DNA of 64,000 bases from an uncultured Planctomycetales bacterium (GTDB lineage Bacteria > Omnitrophota > Gorgyraeia > Gygaellales > Profunditerraquicolaceae). Shown here one piece after another: positions 27,701-39,700 of the stretch. The position numbers were made by a program, and so were the translations under genes. The stretch is taken from the NCBI GenBank assembly GCA_964645795.1, contig CAZYCL010000002.1:272352-336351 (forward strand), read 5' to 3'. Positions within the stretch are counted from its first letter, which is position 1, and each line of letters starts with the position of its first letter. The notes beneath the pieces were generated by a model. The model ran no database searches. It was not told where the DNA came from and worked only from the letters and a program-made list of their open reading frames with translations.

Positions 27701-30700
27701 TCCGGAAAAATTTCGGCCTCTTCAAACAGCCTCATCGCAACCTCGGTATCCTCAAACGCCTCTTTTTGGGTAAGGTTGTTCCTGGTTGTACTGCTGATAA
27801 ACAGGAAATAAAGGATTTTAAACTGCAGGGCAGAATGCAGGAGGAAGAAACCGGCATGGAGGTAGCGCAGATTTCCTTCAGGGTAATAAACGGCGTAACT
27901 GCCGCCTGGGGCTTCAAGGAGTGTGCCGATCTGAAGATACGACTGGCCAGGTTGTGGAGGAGAGCGTCCAGCCAGACGCTTGAGCTCTTCCAGCCCCCGG
28001 CGCATAAGGCCAAAATGCTCCTGACTATAAAAATTTTCCCTTCCGCCAAGCTCTAATCCTCGCATCCTGATATCTGCCAGGATCGCATCCTTGCCGAAGC
28101 GCTCCTGTGTCTTTGCGTACACGCTTGCAGGCACCGGTAAAGGATAAACAACAATAGGAGACGAGCCTGCCTTGGCCTTAGAATAAAACTTGTATTTATC
28201 CAAGACAAGGTCTACCGGCTCAATGGCTTCTTTTAACCTCTTCTCCAGCCCGCTCAACTTGACGCAAGAGGTGACCCAGTCAAAAGAAACTCCTTTCGGA
28301 CGGTGCGCGCTATAGCGGTCGAGGTAAGGAACAATCAATCTTATCTGGAGCAGGCATTTATCGGCGAGGTAGCTTAACCACTTCAAATCCCTGATGAACA
28401 ACTCAAGCTCTTCCGCCCTAGCCTTCTCTAACAGGGCTCTCAGGTCATGGGAACCCTGCGAGGCCCTTAAGACTTCTTTGACCCTTGCGCTTAAAATAGC
28501 AGAGATGTCGGCGTGCATGCCGGAAAGCTTTTCTACGATAACTTTGTTCTTTTTCAGCCCCGAATAGATCTTGGCTGACATTATCCTGATTTTTTCCAGC
28601 TCACTAACGACATCGCCGGAAACCAGCATAATATTTGAGTAAAAAGATTCGAGCCTCGGCTCAAAGCCTCTCTCTCTTAGCATCGCCATCCTGAATTTTT
28701 CTATCGGCGAACTGGCAGTAAAACCTGTACCTGGGTTACGGCGGGCCTCGATCAAGGGCCTGATAAAATCGTCATTAATATCCGGTTGGCAGAATAAGAA
28801 CCTTTCCAGCTCAAAACAGTAAAAACGGTTAATATATCCGTTTAATACCTGTGTCTTCTTGAATAACTTTCGCAGCTTCCGGATGTTCTTTTCGCAATCA
28901 ACTAACAAAATAGGTCTGCGGCCGAGCTTTATATCAAAGGCAATCCCGATAAAGGTAAGGATATTCCTGAATGAAGCCAGGGAGTACACCTTAAACGTTA
29001 ACCTTTTAGAGATAATACGGTCATTTACAAGCTTCTTTTGATAATTCAATATGGCTTCGGTTATTTCAACGCTTTTATCTTCCAAGTCAAACGAAGGCGG
29101 CTGCTGTGCGGAAAATTCCGCTTCCTGGAGCCTGCGCCTGACCGACATGAGCAGTGCTACTTTACGATAATTATAGCCCCACAGCCCGGCAAAGGTTATG
29201 GCGCTGCCGACATGCATGGGTACGAGCGTAAAGAAGAACATCCCAAAAGGTATGCGTAATGCCGGGTACCTTCGATTAAAATAAATAAGTACCCCCAGCC
29301 TTACAAAGCCGGCGAGGAATATCAAGACAAACGCCCCGGCCAGCGTCAAAATCGTCTTCTCGGTAATAGCCGTTTTTAAAATATGGCTGCTGGAAAATAT
29401 CCCGCTAAGAAACGAAAATAGCCCGAAGTACTGGAATGCCACCGAAAATCCCTCTATCGTCAATAATATGCCGGTCAGCTGCCATAATGCCTTGCGTAAT
29501 CTCGCGGAGACGATATTGCTCTCGTGTCCTTGGCCGCCTGCTTGAGCGATTACGGGAGAACTGCCGCGTTTAAGGATGGCGGAGTAAAAATCGACGAACT
29601 TATAAAGCTCTTCTTTCGCGCCCTTCTCCTGGAGCTTTGTCCTCTCTATGAGATCGAAAAACTGTTTTCTTCTTTTTGCGATACGGCCCTCCGGCGTCAG
29701 ATTTTTTCCGTTTTTCGCGCCTTTATCTTTCGTGATTACCGGAGAGCTGCCTGGAACGCCGTCAGTAAGGCGCGGGAAACGCAAGACAAAATCGCCGTTT
29801 TCATTATTTTCATCCATCTTCAACGCGATAGCAACAGGCTCAATGCTAAAACCCCTGACAGCGATTAATCGCGGCAAAGAATCAGTGGGCTTGAACATAT
29901 CCTGAGCCTCCTGCCAGCAATGGTGAAACAGCATGTTGTTGTTGTCCATGCAAATATTATCCAGGCGCAGCCTTATCAGCTCTTTCAGGTAGACGCTGCC
30001 CCCATGAATATCTTTGATGCTGCGGCCACCGCAGGCAAGAGACTGCGATAATGAGGCCTTGGCTGATTCCTGAACGACAGGCTCCGCTATCTCTTCAACC
30101 ATCACCTGGCCTTGCTTAAGTATTGCCAGAGGAACTGCATCAGTTTTGCTAAAGAAGACTCCGAATACGCTATAATTACCCTCTGCTTTGCTGCCAATAG
30201 CCGCGTCTACTATGCCGGCTTCGGTTTTATCGAAGTCGATCCTGGCTTTAAAGATCAATAGTCCGCAGTCTGCGGGAAAAGGCCAGATCCTGGAATGGGG
30301 TGAACGCAGATCAAAACGCATGTTGACGGTCCTGCCGGAAACAATAGCGATATCCGCTTTTGAAACCGGCGAGCTGCCAAAAGAGCGGCGGACTTCAATA
30401 TATCCGTTCTCACCCCATCTGCCGGCCCAACTGCCGCAGGAGCAGACCGTAAACCACCAGGTGCCGGGCTGGTCTGTTTTAAGCTTGGCTTCGAAGAGCT
30501 TTATCCCCTGCGCTTCTCTTACCTTCTCCATCGCAACCAATCTATTCGAACCGCTGAAATTACCGCTGTAAATCTCCGGTAAATTTGTATAAAGCAAAGC
30601 TTTGTCCTCGGCCCCCTTCACCCAGGCCCGGATAACAAACTCTTCTCCAATGCTAACAATCAGCTTTTCGCCCGATGCGACATCGGGCGATGTCTTTATG

Positions 30701-33700
30701 GCCGCTCCGTTGCCTGTCACATTGTTTACAATATGTGATGACAAGGTCAATGACCGGTAAAAACCCGCTGCCCTCTCATCCGCATTATCTATAAGGTCCT
30801 CCACGCTCAAAGGAAGGCTATGCGATGGATCAAGGCCCTGGATGAGACAGAGCAGTATCAGCTTTGCCCCTGAAGACAGTATCCCGTTTACGCTCTTTTC
30901 CATCTCCTGCTGACGGCGCAAGAGGTCGATCTTGATAATTTGGTTGTCGATGGCCCCGCTGCCGCAATATTCGTCGATGATGTAAATATTCTTTTCCAAG
31001 GCATATTTTATGAGCGCATTCCACTGCTCATCTAATACAAACTGCAGGTATCGCCAATAGTCGATGCTATCCTTATAAGTAAAAACCTTTAATAGGCTGC
31101 CTTCATTGACAATACCCTTGTTATAGGCATAGCTGTCGATCCAGCTGCCGTTTGCAGTTAAGAATCTCTTGAAATCCGCCTCCCTTTGGGTGCCCTTACC
31201 CAGATGTTGGAGTTTAAAAACCTTAAATGCCTCCTGGAGAAAGCCTGATTTAAATTCGCCTACCTGTTCGTAATTTACGGTTGTTTGCGGATCGCGCAGC
31301 TCAGGCGCCTTCTCATAGCCCTCAAAGACGAACCCGTTTAAATGCGGATAACTCTGCAAGATTACTTTCATGCCCTGGTCCAGGAGCATACCAGACAATC
31401 CCGCTCCGGCAGCCTCAGGAAGCCCTTTAAGGTCTATAAGCAGGTAATCTCTGGCATATTCGTTTCCTTTTTCTGCGGTCGGTCCGACATACCATAGGTT
31501 TTGTCCGCATAAGGCCAGCCAATCCACAAACTTCCTGGCTATCCCGATATCGCCGATACCGTAATAGCTTATACGGCTCCTCAGGCTATAAATAGGCAGG
31601 CTTACCCCGCATCCGCGTCCGGGCAGCAATTTCTGATTTGCCGGCGAGGAGCATAAGCTGGCTTTCTTCTCCAAGAGTCCGATCATCTTTGAGTAATAGC
31701 GCGGGCCGTGCAGCCATACCGACAGATCGCCGTCTTCGGACTCGAGAGGGAATGTCGATTCCCAGCAGTAGTGCCATAGCTGTCTCCTACTGATGCCGCC
31801 GCGCCTGTTCCAGATATTTGACTCAGTCAGAGAAGCCATTACTTGCGAACAGAACCCCTTAATGGCATTTTGCATAACCGGCCGATATTCGTCTGGTATC
31901 TTTTCCGGCTCCACTGCGTCCACCAATTCAGGTACAAACCTGTTTAAGGTGGTAAATATGATGCGGCGCCTGAAAGCTGCGTTGAAGCTAACACTTTTCA
32001 GGCTCTGTATCCTGTCGGAAAGCTTGATCACAAATGCCCTGGCCGCGCTCATAAGGAAGGCAAAAGCCTCTGCCTGCGAATTATTATTCAGGATGCCGGA
32101 CAGTTTTATTAAAAACAGGGCGTGCCTTAAAGCAATGGCAATACCCCTAAGATTGCGGATCTCCGTTCTTCTGGTTTTGTCTCCCCGGCGGGTAAGAAGG
32201 TCTACGGTATAACCGTCATGCTTGCCGAACTGCTTATAAAAATCTTCAATAGACATATCCTTATTCTCGGGGACATCGTGGCCAAGAGAGCAGATAACGG
32301 TATCGAAATCTTTATCCCCGAAATCCCTGATGCAGGTAAAAGCTACTTCCATAGGATGGCTTATATAAGGGTTTTTTCTATCCTTTCTTGATTCGCTTAT
32401 GTGTTTGGCGCCGATGACATGCATTAACTGACTTATCAAAACTTCCTGATCCTCGGTAACCGATACACCGTAACGGCGGATATCCCGGATGAAATTATGA
32501 TTGATCATGTTTATCAGGTTACCGAAGCGTATCCTGGCGATCCTGCATTCCGGATTGGCCTTGGTCAAAAGGTTAACTATTTGCCCCCCTGTATCATGCT
32601 TCTTGTAAATCGTCTGCGGGATATCAAGCTCTCCGACTATCGTGGTAAACCGATAATCATCCGAATGCCGGAAGGTCAGGAAATTGTTTAACCGTATCTT
32701 CTGCGAGGTCAAAACCCTGGAGATCTTGCGGAATTCGCCGTGCCTGTTGGGTATAGTGAATTCTATGGTCCATAATTTCGTCGCTAGGGCCATCAGTTCT
32801 TTGTCTTCTTCGTCTTTTATGGTATTGAGCCTGGAGGTGATTTTCCGGATTTCTTTCCTGTTATTTATAGATTGGTTTTCCAGGGAAACTCCGATCTTGA
32901 ATATACGCCTGCCCATGGCCTGATCTAGCGTCTTCTCGGCCCAATCAAGATTTCCGTTTTCCGTCGCCTCCAGGATATTGTCTAATTTGCCGCAGCGGAT
33001 GAATCTAGTCATTACAGAGTATTCGGCATAATACCGGTTTTTACCGGTCTTCTCCAAATATGTGCGTTTTGCCCTGGCATATTCAGTTTTCGCTGCGGCA
33101 GGACCGTTATAATCGTAACGCAGGAAATCAAGGCGCGTAGATACGATAAAACTATTAACTGCCGACAATAAATCAAAGGATACCGGCGAAGAAGCAGGGA
33201 GGGTTATTAAGAAGAACTCTTCGCCTCCGACCACAACAAAGTTATCTCCCTTTTTAATACTCTTAAATGCCGACTCTTCTGCGCGGATATTCGAAATGCA
33301 CTTGGCCAGATTGACGCGTCCGCTTTCATCGAGATTAAGCTCGAACAGCTCTCCGAAAATCCTGCTGTTGGCCGGATCGAACGGGTTGGTTATACCGTAA
33401 TCTTGGCGCATCTTCCGGATATATCTCTGGCGGCTTGAAGCAGGAATAACTTGTATGGCTTCCGGATTATCTTGGTTCTTACCTAAATATCGCGCCAAAA
33501 GCTCTTTCTGGCCGCCAAGCTTCTTGACTATCGCAGATGGGATGATTATGCGCTTTTTCTCATCCATGGTCACCGCGTAAGAACCCAGGAATCTAAGCTC
33601 CTCCACCGGCGAACTCATGGGCAATCCTCCAACACCTTCGTCTATATCCAGGTAGTTATCCCAAGTCACAACAAGCGGCGCGCACCATTTCTCTTCCGTT

Positions 33701-36700
33701 ATAAATACCGTATCTTCTGTAATCCGATGATAGGAAACCAGGGACTCGAGCAACTCTTGCTTATCCTGCCGTGACAAAGCAACGTAATTAGCTTTGCCCT
33801 GCCGCAGGAAGGTATTTATAAGCCAAACAGTATCCTTTCTTGCCTTGAATTTCTTAAGTAACCCGAGGAAACTCTTGCTTGTCTTTGCGCTGATGAGGTC
33901 GGTAATCACGGGGAAGGCGGGGTTAGAATCCGGAGAGATAAATGCCCCCTGAAGGAAGAAGGTGCGGTCGGTTGCGGCCTGCGGAGAACCTTTGTTCAGC
34001 CCTGCCTTAGCCAGATAATCTTGGAAGGCGATATTGAACGCTTCGTATTCGGATAATCTGGAGCCCGATTTCCTGGAGAGGTTCCTTTCAATATATAAAT
34101 CCATAAAACCCTGCATGAACAGATTAAGCCTGTTGTAGCCTTCGATAACCTCTTTTACATAAACCATTTTTTCTTTGGCTTCCGGAGTTTTCCCGCTCTT
34201 GATAAGATTGGCGACATAACCTACTTTCTGGCGTAATGAAGCAAGCTCCGGCTCCCGGCAGTATTTGGTTATCCTCTTTGAATTAAGGAACCCGAAGCAT
34301 TTGCCCAAGACAGCAGCGAAATCACCCTTCTCCATCTCCGTAATGATGTTGTTTATCCTGCCTAAAATTTCATCGTATATTTGCCCGGCCTTCTGCCTCA
34401 GGTCCTTTATGCGCCCCTTGTGGATACGCTCATTGCTTCTTGCTGCCTGCAAGCCTCTAACTTTAGCCAAGGCAAGGCTTATGCCGAAGATCGTGCGGCT
34501 TGAGCGGAAATGGCCGATATTATTCAACTCTATGGCAAGGAACAGGGAATCGCTTAACGTTTTATTAGCCTCCAGTTTATCCCCTTTAAGCCTACGCCGG
34601 ATTGAATCAAGCTTTTCGTTCATGGCCTGGACTTCTTCCCGGCTGAACTGCGGCTGCGCTCCCTTGTTTTTCTCCGTTTGACTTAGCTTATTTACCGCTT
34701 CGTCGAGTTTTTTGCCAATACCAATCAGCCCTTCATGCATATCCCTTAGCATATACAGTGTATTGAACCCGCTTTTTATCTGGTGGTCCTGAGACCTGAA
34801 TGCTTTCCGTAAAGACTTATACGGTCTTTTATAGTAAACTTTATAGATCACATGATCTTCTTCGTCCCTAACTTCGATTTTTATGTTCTTTCCTTCCAGC
34901 ACCAAGAACTCGCCGGTTTCTTCATCAAATACTACTCTCGAAGACATATAGCCGCTTGCGCCTTTATCCTTTATCAATGAAATAAGGTCATCGGCCAGGC
35001 GGTTGACCGCCGCTACCATACTGGCATTGGCAGCCGCGATATTATCATCCGCCAACAGCCTTGCTGCCTGCGAAAGCTTATCTTGGGCTTCCCGGAGCAA
35101 AACTGACCCCCGGAAGAAAGGCCGATAAGAAATATACTTGATCATGGCGGCGATATCTTGGATCTTCTTAGAAATCGCGGCTTCTGAGATGTCTTCTGGC
35201 GATACCGATCTTTTCACCATGGTTCTTTTAGCGCCCAGCCATATCAGCACCATGTTTAACCGGGCCACTTTCTCCAGGTAATATTGCAACACCGGCTCAA
35301 TAGAACTAAAAGTCCTCTCGTATGTCTTGGCCGCGGGTTCTTTAACCGGCGAACTAACATTATCTATCTTATCAATCCTTCTCTGGTGCCGCCCTTCATA
35401 CGAGAATTCAGTATTTATGAAAATATCCGCGATTTTTTCCGCTCTTTCTAACGGCACAAACTTTGCACCCAGTGCCAGGATATTCGCGTTATTATGCAGG
35501 CGGGTAAGCTCTGCGGCCACCTCGTTGTAGCAAAGCGCGGCCCTTACTCCTTTGAACCTGTTGGCAGTAATGCTTATTCCTATTCCGGTAGTACATATCA
35601 AGATCCCGAAATCATACTCCCTGCTTAATACGGCGCGGGCAACGCTTTGGCCGTAATCGGGATAATCACAGGAGTCCTTGGAGTACGGGCCTGCGTCCTT
35701 GATACTATGGCCCCGCCCTGATAGATAACGTATCAATCCTTCCTTTAATTCAAATCCGCCGTGGTCAGAGCCAATAATCACGGATTTCCGGGTAAGGGCG
35801 TTCTTGAACATCTCGTATGAATCCTTTAATCCCTGCAAAGAAAGGTCGTTTTCCCGGAAGAAAGCCGAACCGGCAACAAAAATATTCACTCCGGCCTCCT
35901 GTGCCTGCCTTATGGTCTGCGTATTGATGCCGCCATCGATTTGGATCAACCCCTTGTAGCCGTACTTTAGGCGCAACAACCTGATGTTATTAAGGACCTC
36001 CCCCATGAACTTCTGCCCGCCCTTGCCCGGATATACGCTCATTTGTAAAACCATGCCGATATATTCGGAATGCAACCGGATAAACTCTCCGGCAGCATCA
36101 ATGTCCGCATCAGGGTTCAAGGCCAGGCCGGCTATTGCCTTATGTTGATTTATGAATATCAGGCGGCTAAGCAACAACTCCTTATTATCAAACGCTTCCC
36201 AGTGAATGGTGCTGATCCTTGCCCCTTCATTGGTATAGCTTTGGATAAAGGCCTCGGAAGGCTCCATAACCATTTTGTGTACATCAATCAAAGAGCCTTC
36301 AGGTAGCCCGGAAATAATACTCCTTAAGAGCCGAGGCGTTAATTCTCTCACGGTGTCTTTTGCGCCTGGCTGGACTATTTTTGAGCCTTTCCCGCCGTTG
36401 CTGTCGATAACGTCAAAATGAACAATAACGGGAATATCCTGACCGTGCCCGATCCGGACCGCCTCTTGTGCCTTAGCAATCCTTAATTCAGAAGGGACGT
36501 TTAAAATGGACGGGGCAAGGATATACCTGGAGCTTTCGCCTCTTGTCGTTACCAGGCTGGCAACCGCAGAGCTGGTTCTTTCGCTAACCATCCTCTCCAG
36601 GATGCTGTTTATCTCACTGGGATACTGCGATACACCGTCAATAATGAAATAAACCAGGAAATCCTCCATGTTGCTGTTACCGGCGTACTTCTTCGCTATG

Positions 36701-39700
36701 ATATCTCCGATTTTTGCCCGATTTTTGCTATCCGGATCATTTAACAGGGTATGCAAATTATTACTTAAGGGTTCGGCGTTAAGCTCTGTATTTTCCTGCG
36801 CTTCAATCGCAGGGTTACGCCTATCGCAAGCAAGGTTTGTTTTGCGATTCATAGCTGCCATATGTTCTAAAAGATCATTAACCTCCGCTGGGAAATTTGA
36901 TGAACCGTCAATTATGAAATTTACCAGCAGCTCTTCGGTATCTATGCCGTGAGCGTACATCCGGGCTATGATATGAGCGGTTCTTGCCCTTGAGCGCTTG
37001 TCCATACTGTTGAGCAGGCTCAACAACACATTCTTTGTAGTCTTGACCGCAAACATCCTGTCCCTGGGGCTTTGCAGGCTCAGATGCGCAAACGCATCCA
37101 GGAAATTAACCATCTTATCACTTATCGTTTTCCGGTCAGCTATCTCTTCGTAGAAAAACTGAAAATTGTTTTCAAAGCTGTGTCGATATATCTGACAGGC
37201 GATTTTCAGAGCGGACTTTGCTCTTCGTCTCTTAAAGTTGAGCAGGGTGTTTAAGAATTTATCGTCCATATCGTAGGCAAAATATTCGTATACCCGGTTA
37301 GATACGGGGCTTGAAATAAATGCCATCTCCAGGGCAATACGCCTGACTATCTGGTCGCGCTTTGATTCCCCATCAACGCTGACTACCTTAACCCCGCGTG
37401 ATGCCAATGCCTGCTTTTGCGGCAGGGAGAAACTTCTGAAGTTATACAACCTTTCGGTCAAATAATCGAAAGAAATGTACGCGTCCCCTTTTTCGTAGAT
37501 CTTCCTGCTATAACGGTTCAAAATATTACCCTCTTCCAGATCGACAAAGAACGCGCTCTCAAGCCTGAAATCTGAATTCTTCATTATTTTATAGAAGGTA
37601 TCGATCTCTTCTTGACTGGAAGGAGAAAGCCCTATGAGAAGCCCTTTCTTTACTTTCAACTGCCGCAGAGAAGACTGAAGATATATGGCGCAAAAAGTAT
37701 TGATGCTAATATAGTAATTCCGGGAATCCCTATCTCTTTCTGAGCGTATATGTTCATAAACTAACTTGGGCAGAGAAACAAAGCTCCAGCCCGTGGCCTC
37801 GGCAACCATATTGCAGATCGCCATTCTTCCGGAGAACTCCGGGATGAATATTACGCAATAAGGCTTGCCATGACCCTGGACAGGTGAGGCTGACTGCCTG
37901 CCTTGCGCGCGCATCAGGCAGCCGAGAGGGGAGCTTGAAGCTAGCGAACTCCCAAATACGATATAATTCCTGCTTATTTCCACCTCCAACTCGCTTAACT
38001 CTCCAAGCCCCCAGTCCTCATCGGTCTCGATATTACATAAGATGTTACCGGTCAGCGCAAAGCCGATCTCATCGAGCATTCTCTGATAGCCTTCGGGGAG
38101 CAGGCTTTCCTTTCTCTTAATTTCGTCTATGGTGCGTCCGAGGATCACCAGGTATCCGTCCTTCTTGAGGAATTTGGCCGCTGCCTCCAGCAGCCTCCTG
38201 CAATCCGCTTCCTCGAAGAATAACAAAAGGTTGCCTATGGTAACTATATCGAAGTGCTCAAGAGCGGAATATGCTTCTTTGAAGCTGTACTCCAAAGAAA
38301 GGACATCCGAATTAAGCAGCCGCAGCTTCTGCCCTGGCTGCATACAGGCATCCAGCCTTTCGCTTGTCCATTCAAGCATCCCCCGGGATATATCCACTCC
38401 CGTGACCTCTGAGGCTCCGTATTTGAAAGCGAATTCGGCTATCATCCCGTTCCCGATAGCCAGATCCAGGATCTTCGCACCTCTCGTGATTCCCATCGGT
38501 ATGGCTTTCTTAAATATAAGCTCTGCTGCCTCCCGTACCTTATCTTTTGTGCCCAGGTCATACTTTCTTTGCGCGGCATAATTATCATATTTTGCCTTCA
38601 GCGCCTCAGTGGCCCAGTCATAATCCCCCAAGCCCATGCGTAAAACACCTGACTTAATGATCTCTACCCCCAGCGGATCATGGATTTCTTTAACCGGGCT
38701 TGAGCCGGCGCCTCTTTTGCTCCTGATATAATCCCTCCAAAAATGCCAGCCCTGCGAAGGAAGCATGTTATAGTTCAGCAAACCCTTTATCAACTGCGGC
38801 GCAAGATCGCTAAACTGCCTATATTTATGGCCTAATTCGAAGGACATGCTTATGAAATCGCAGTCAAAACCTACCTCCTTGGACACGTACTCCTCGATAG
38901 CCGCGGCAAAATCTTCATCGCTTGCGGAGAACATCTTTGCTTTTGAGGTATTCAAAATCTTGAACGCAGAATCGCATTTTTCCAATATCTTATCCGGGTT
39001 TTCAATCGGCAAGAACCCGGCGAATGGCCGGTTGCGCAATTTCCAGCCTTCAATCTTGGAATCAAGATAGCTCTGCCTGTAGAAATTCGCTATTAAAGGC
39101 AGGCTGAAAAATATATTAGTATCCTCGTATTCGATCTTGCTTTTCCTTGAAATCACGGGCCACTTAAGGGGATCTACCTCTTCATCCGTAAGCCTGCTAA
39201 AAGCCCTGGCAACTGATAAAAATGACATTCTGTGAAGCTTCGAGGATATTTCATTTTTCGAAGAAGCAAAAACACCGCTTATCTGGCTTCCCATTACGTA
39301 AAACCTTTGGGCTATCGTATCGACCAAATTTTGCTGCTGCTTAATGTCAAAGATATTCCTGCCTGCGCCATAGTCATAAACGCCTATCTCGAACAAGCCG
39401 CAGATCACCTGAATAAGTATTGATTGCTTAAGCAGGTATTTTTCATCCAGAAGCTGGTCCAGGGATATTTCAACGATCTTATCAAAGAACTCCGACTTTA
39501 GAGGCTTCTCGATAAAGAAATCTACCGCCTCCAACTCCTTGCCGATGAACTTCAGCTCGACACTGGAACACATAATGACCTGGCAATTGAAATCTTTCTT
39601 GGCTATCTTGGCCAGGGCCAAACCGTCTATCTTGGCGAGCCTGACATTAGTAACAAGTATGGACTCCGGATGCTCGCTTATGATCTGCCTGGCCTCTTCC

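Noticed and set aside
29940-30000. Apparent in-frame stop codons (also near 48727) found during hand translation
   Set aside because: Both were indexing slips when copying sequence lines. On recount the frame reads ...GSVYLKELIRLRLDNICMDNNNMLFHHCWQ... and ...ENIRKFTGSPIEGKQSSLPMRLELETEQKEGL... with no stop.
31651-33606. Calling a RelA/SpoT synthetase domain next to the HD hydrolase domain
   Set aside because: Only the HD motif (HPMEV...LGHDV) could be verified. The neighbouring segment lacks a clear synthetase signature on manual inspection, so no synthetase call was made.
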